The notes beneath the pieces are model-generated. The model was not told the origin of the DNA. It saw only the letters and a program-made list of their open reading frames with translations, and searched no databases. Made by a program: the position numbers and the translations under genes. This document shows, in pieces, positions 63,286 to 64,000 of a DNA stretch of 64,000 nt. Positions within the stretch are counted from its first letter, which is position 1. Every line of letters begins with the position of its first letter. The stretch is from Callorhinchus milii (taxonomy: Eukaryota). The stretch is from the NCBI RefSeq assembly GCF_018977255.1, contig NW_024704743.1, positions 104,780,001 to 104,844,000 on the forward strand. The letters are read 5' to 3'.

Positions 63286-64000
63286 CCCCTCCCAGTGTTA
63301 TAATCAAACAGAAATGAGTTGCACTGTAATGTTTTCAGTGTTCCATAATGTGTTCTTTATCATGAGAAGTGAGTGGTAAAACACTGCAATTTTCATTGCT
63401 AATCCACAAACTTGTCTCGATTTATAGGTAAACACCATTGAGATGTACTCAGTGTTGCTGATAACACCTTTATTTTGATAGTTAACACCCATGCAGTGAA
63501 ACAGTGGTATAGAAATAAAAGAATGAAGTGTGTATGTAGACAAACGCTGAGCAGAGTGGCAAGAAACCTAGCGCTCAATGCCCTGTGCTACTTTTGTACA
63601 ACTGAGATTTAAAGCAAGTTGATGAAAATTACACTTGAGTATCTGTTGGATTTATTTTACCAAGAAATAAAATCCCCTGAAGATCACTGCTTGCCAGCAC
63701 CATTTAGTTTAACAATAGAGCCCAATGTCTGTACATGAAATTCCAACATTATCTAAACTTGGATGATTTAGCTGGACAGAGCAGAACTGATCAGGTTGGC
63801 ACTGAGATGAATTTTGATTTTTTTTGACAGACAAATGTAAACTTGGAGCTGAGACAATTTTATTTTACCATAAAACTGAAGGATGAAACCACATGTATCA
63901 AACAATCAAACTAGCCTGAGTTCAGCAGAAAATATTTTTCTGATCCGTCAAAATAATATCAAACAATTTGTTGATCAAACAACTCCCTTGTGTTATGCTC

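Larger units (their letters stand above)
29792..64000 (-). other. PXDNL: Intron 1 of the peroxidasin-family gene (partial, >34 kb)
   Basis: Upstream of the exon-2 acceptor. I found no signal peptide/LRRNT exon (CPSRCLCF...VRCMH) on the minus strand in this interval. Confidence 0.65.

Overview
Eukaryotic, AT-rich, repeat-dense vertebrate DNA. The repeat repertoire (Deu-domain tRNA-SINEs with (ATT)n tails, L2/CR1/Tx1 LINE 3' ends, Penelope-like terminal fragments) points to a cartilaginous fish, probably a chimaera; this is inference. I found one host coding element: a 72-nt phase-2/phase-2 exon on the minus strand (29720-29791) encoding [23 protein letters not shown](L), the first LRR (exon 2) of a peroxidasin-family gene, closer to PXDNL than PXDN. 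Exons 1 and 3 were not found, so the rest of the window appears to be introns 1 and 2. The listed ORFs are noise or decayed retroelement fragments. The most notable signals are a complete minimal type-I hammerhead ribozyme motif in a Penelope-like fragment on the host sense strand, an inverted Penelope-like insertion with a 14-bp target-site duplication (TSD), a mosaic SINE family, an unclassified old repeat family, several hairpins/MITEs and a 440-bp tandem duplication. I see no convincing evidence for a wholly new multi-gene system. Repeat boundaries are by eye and approximate.
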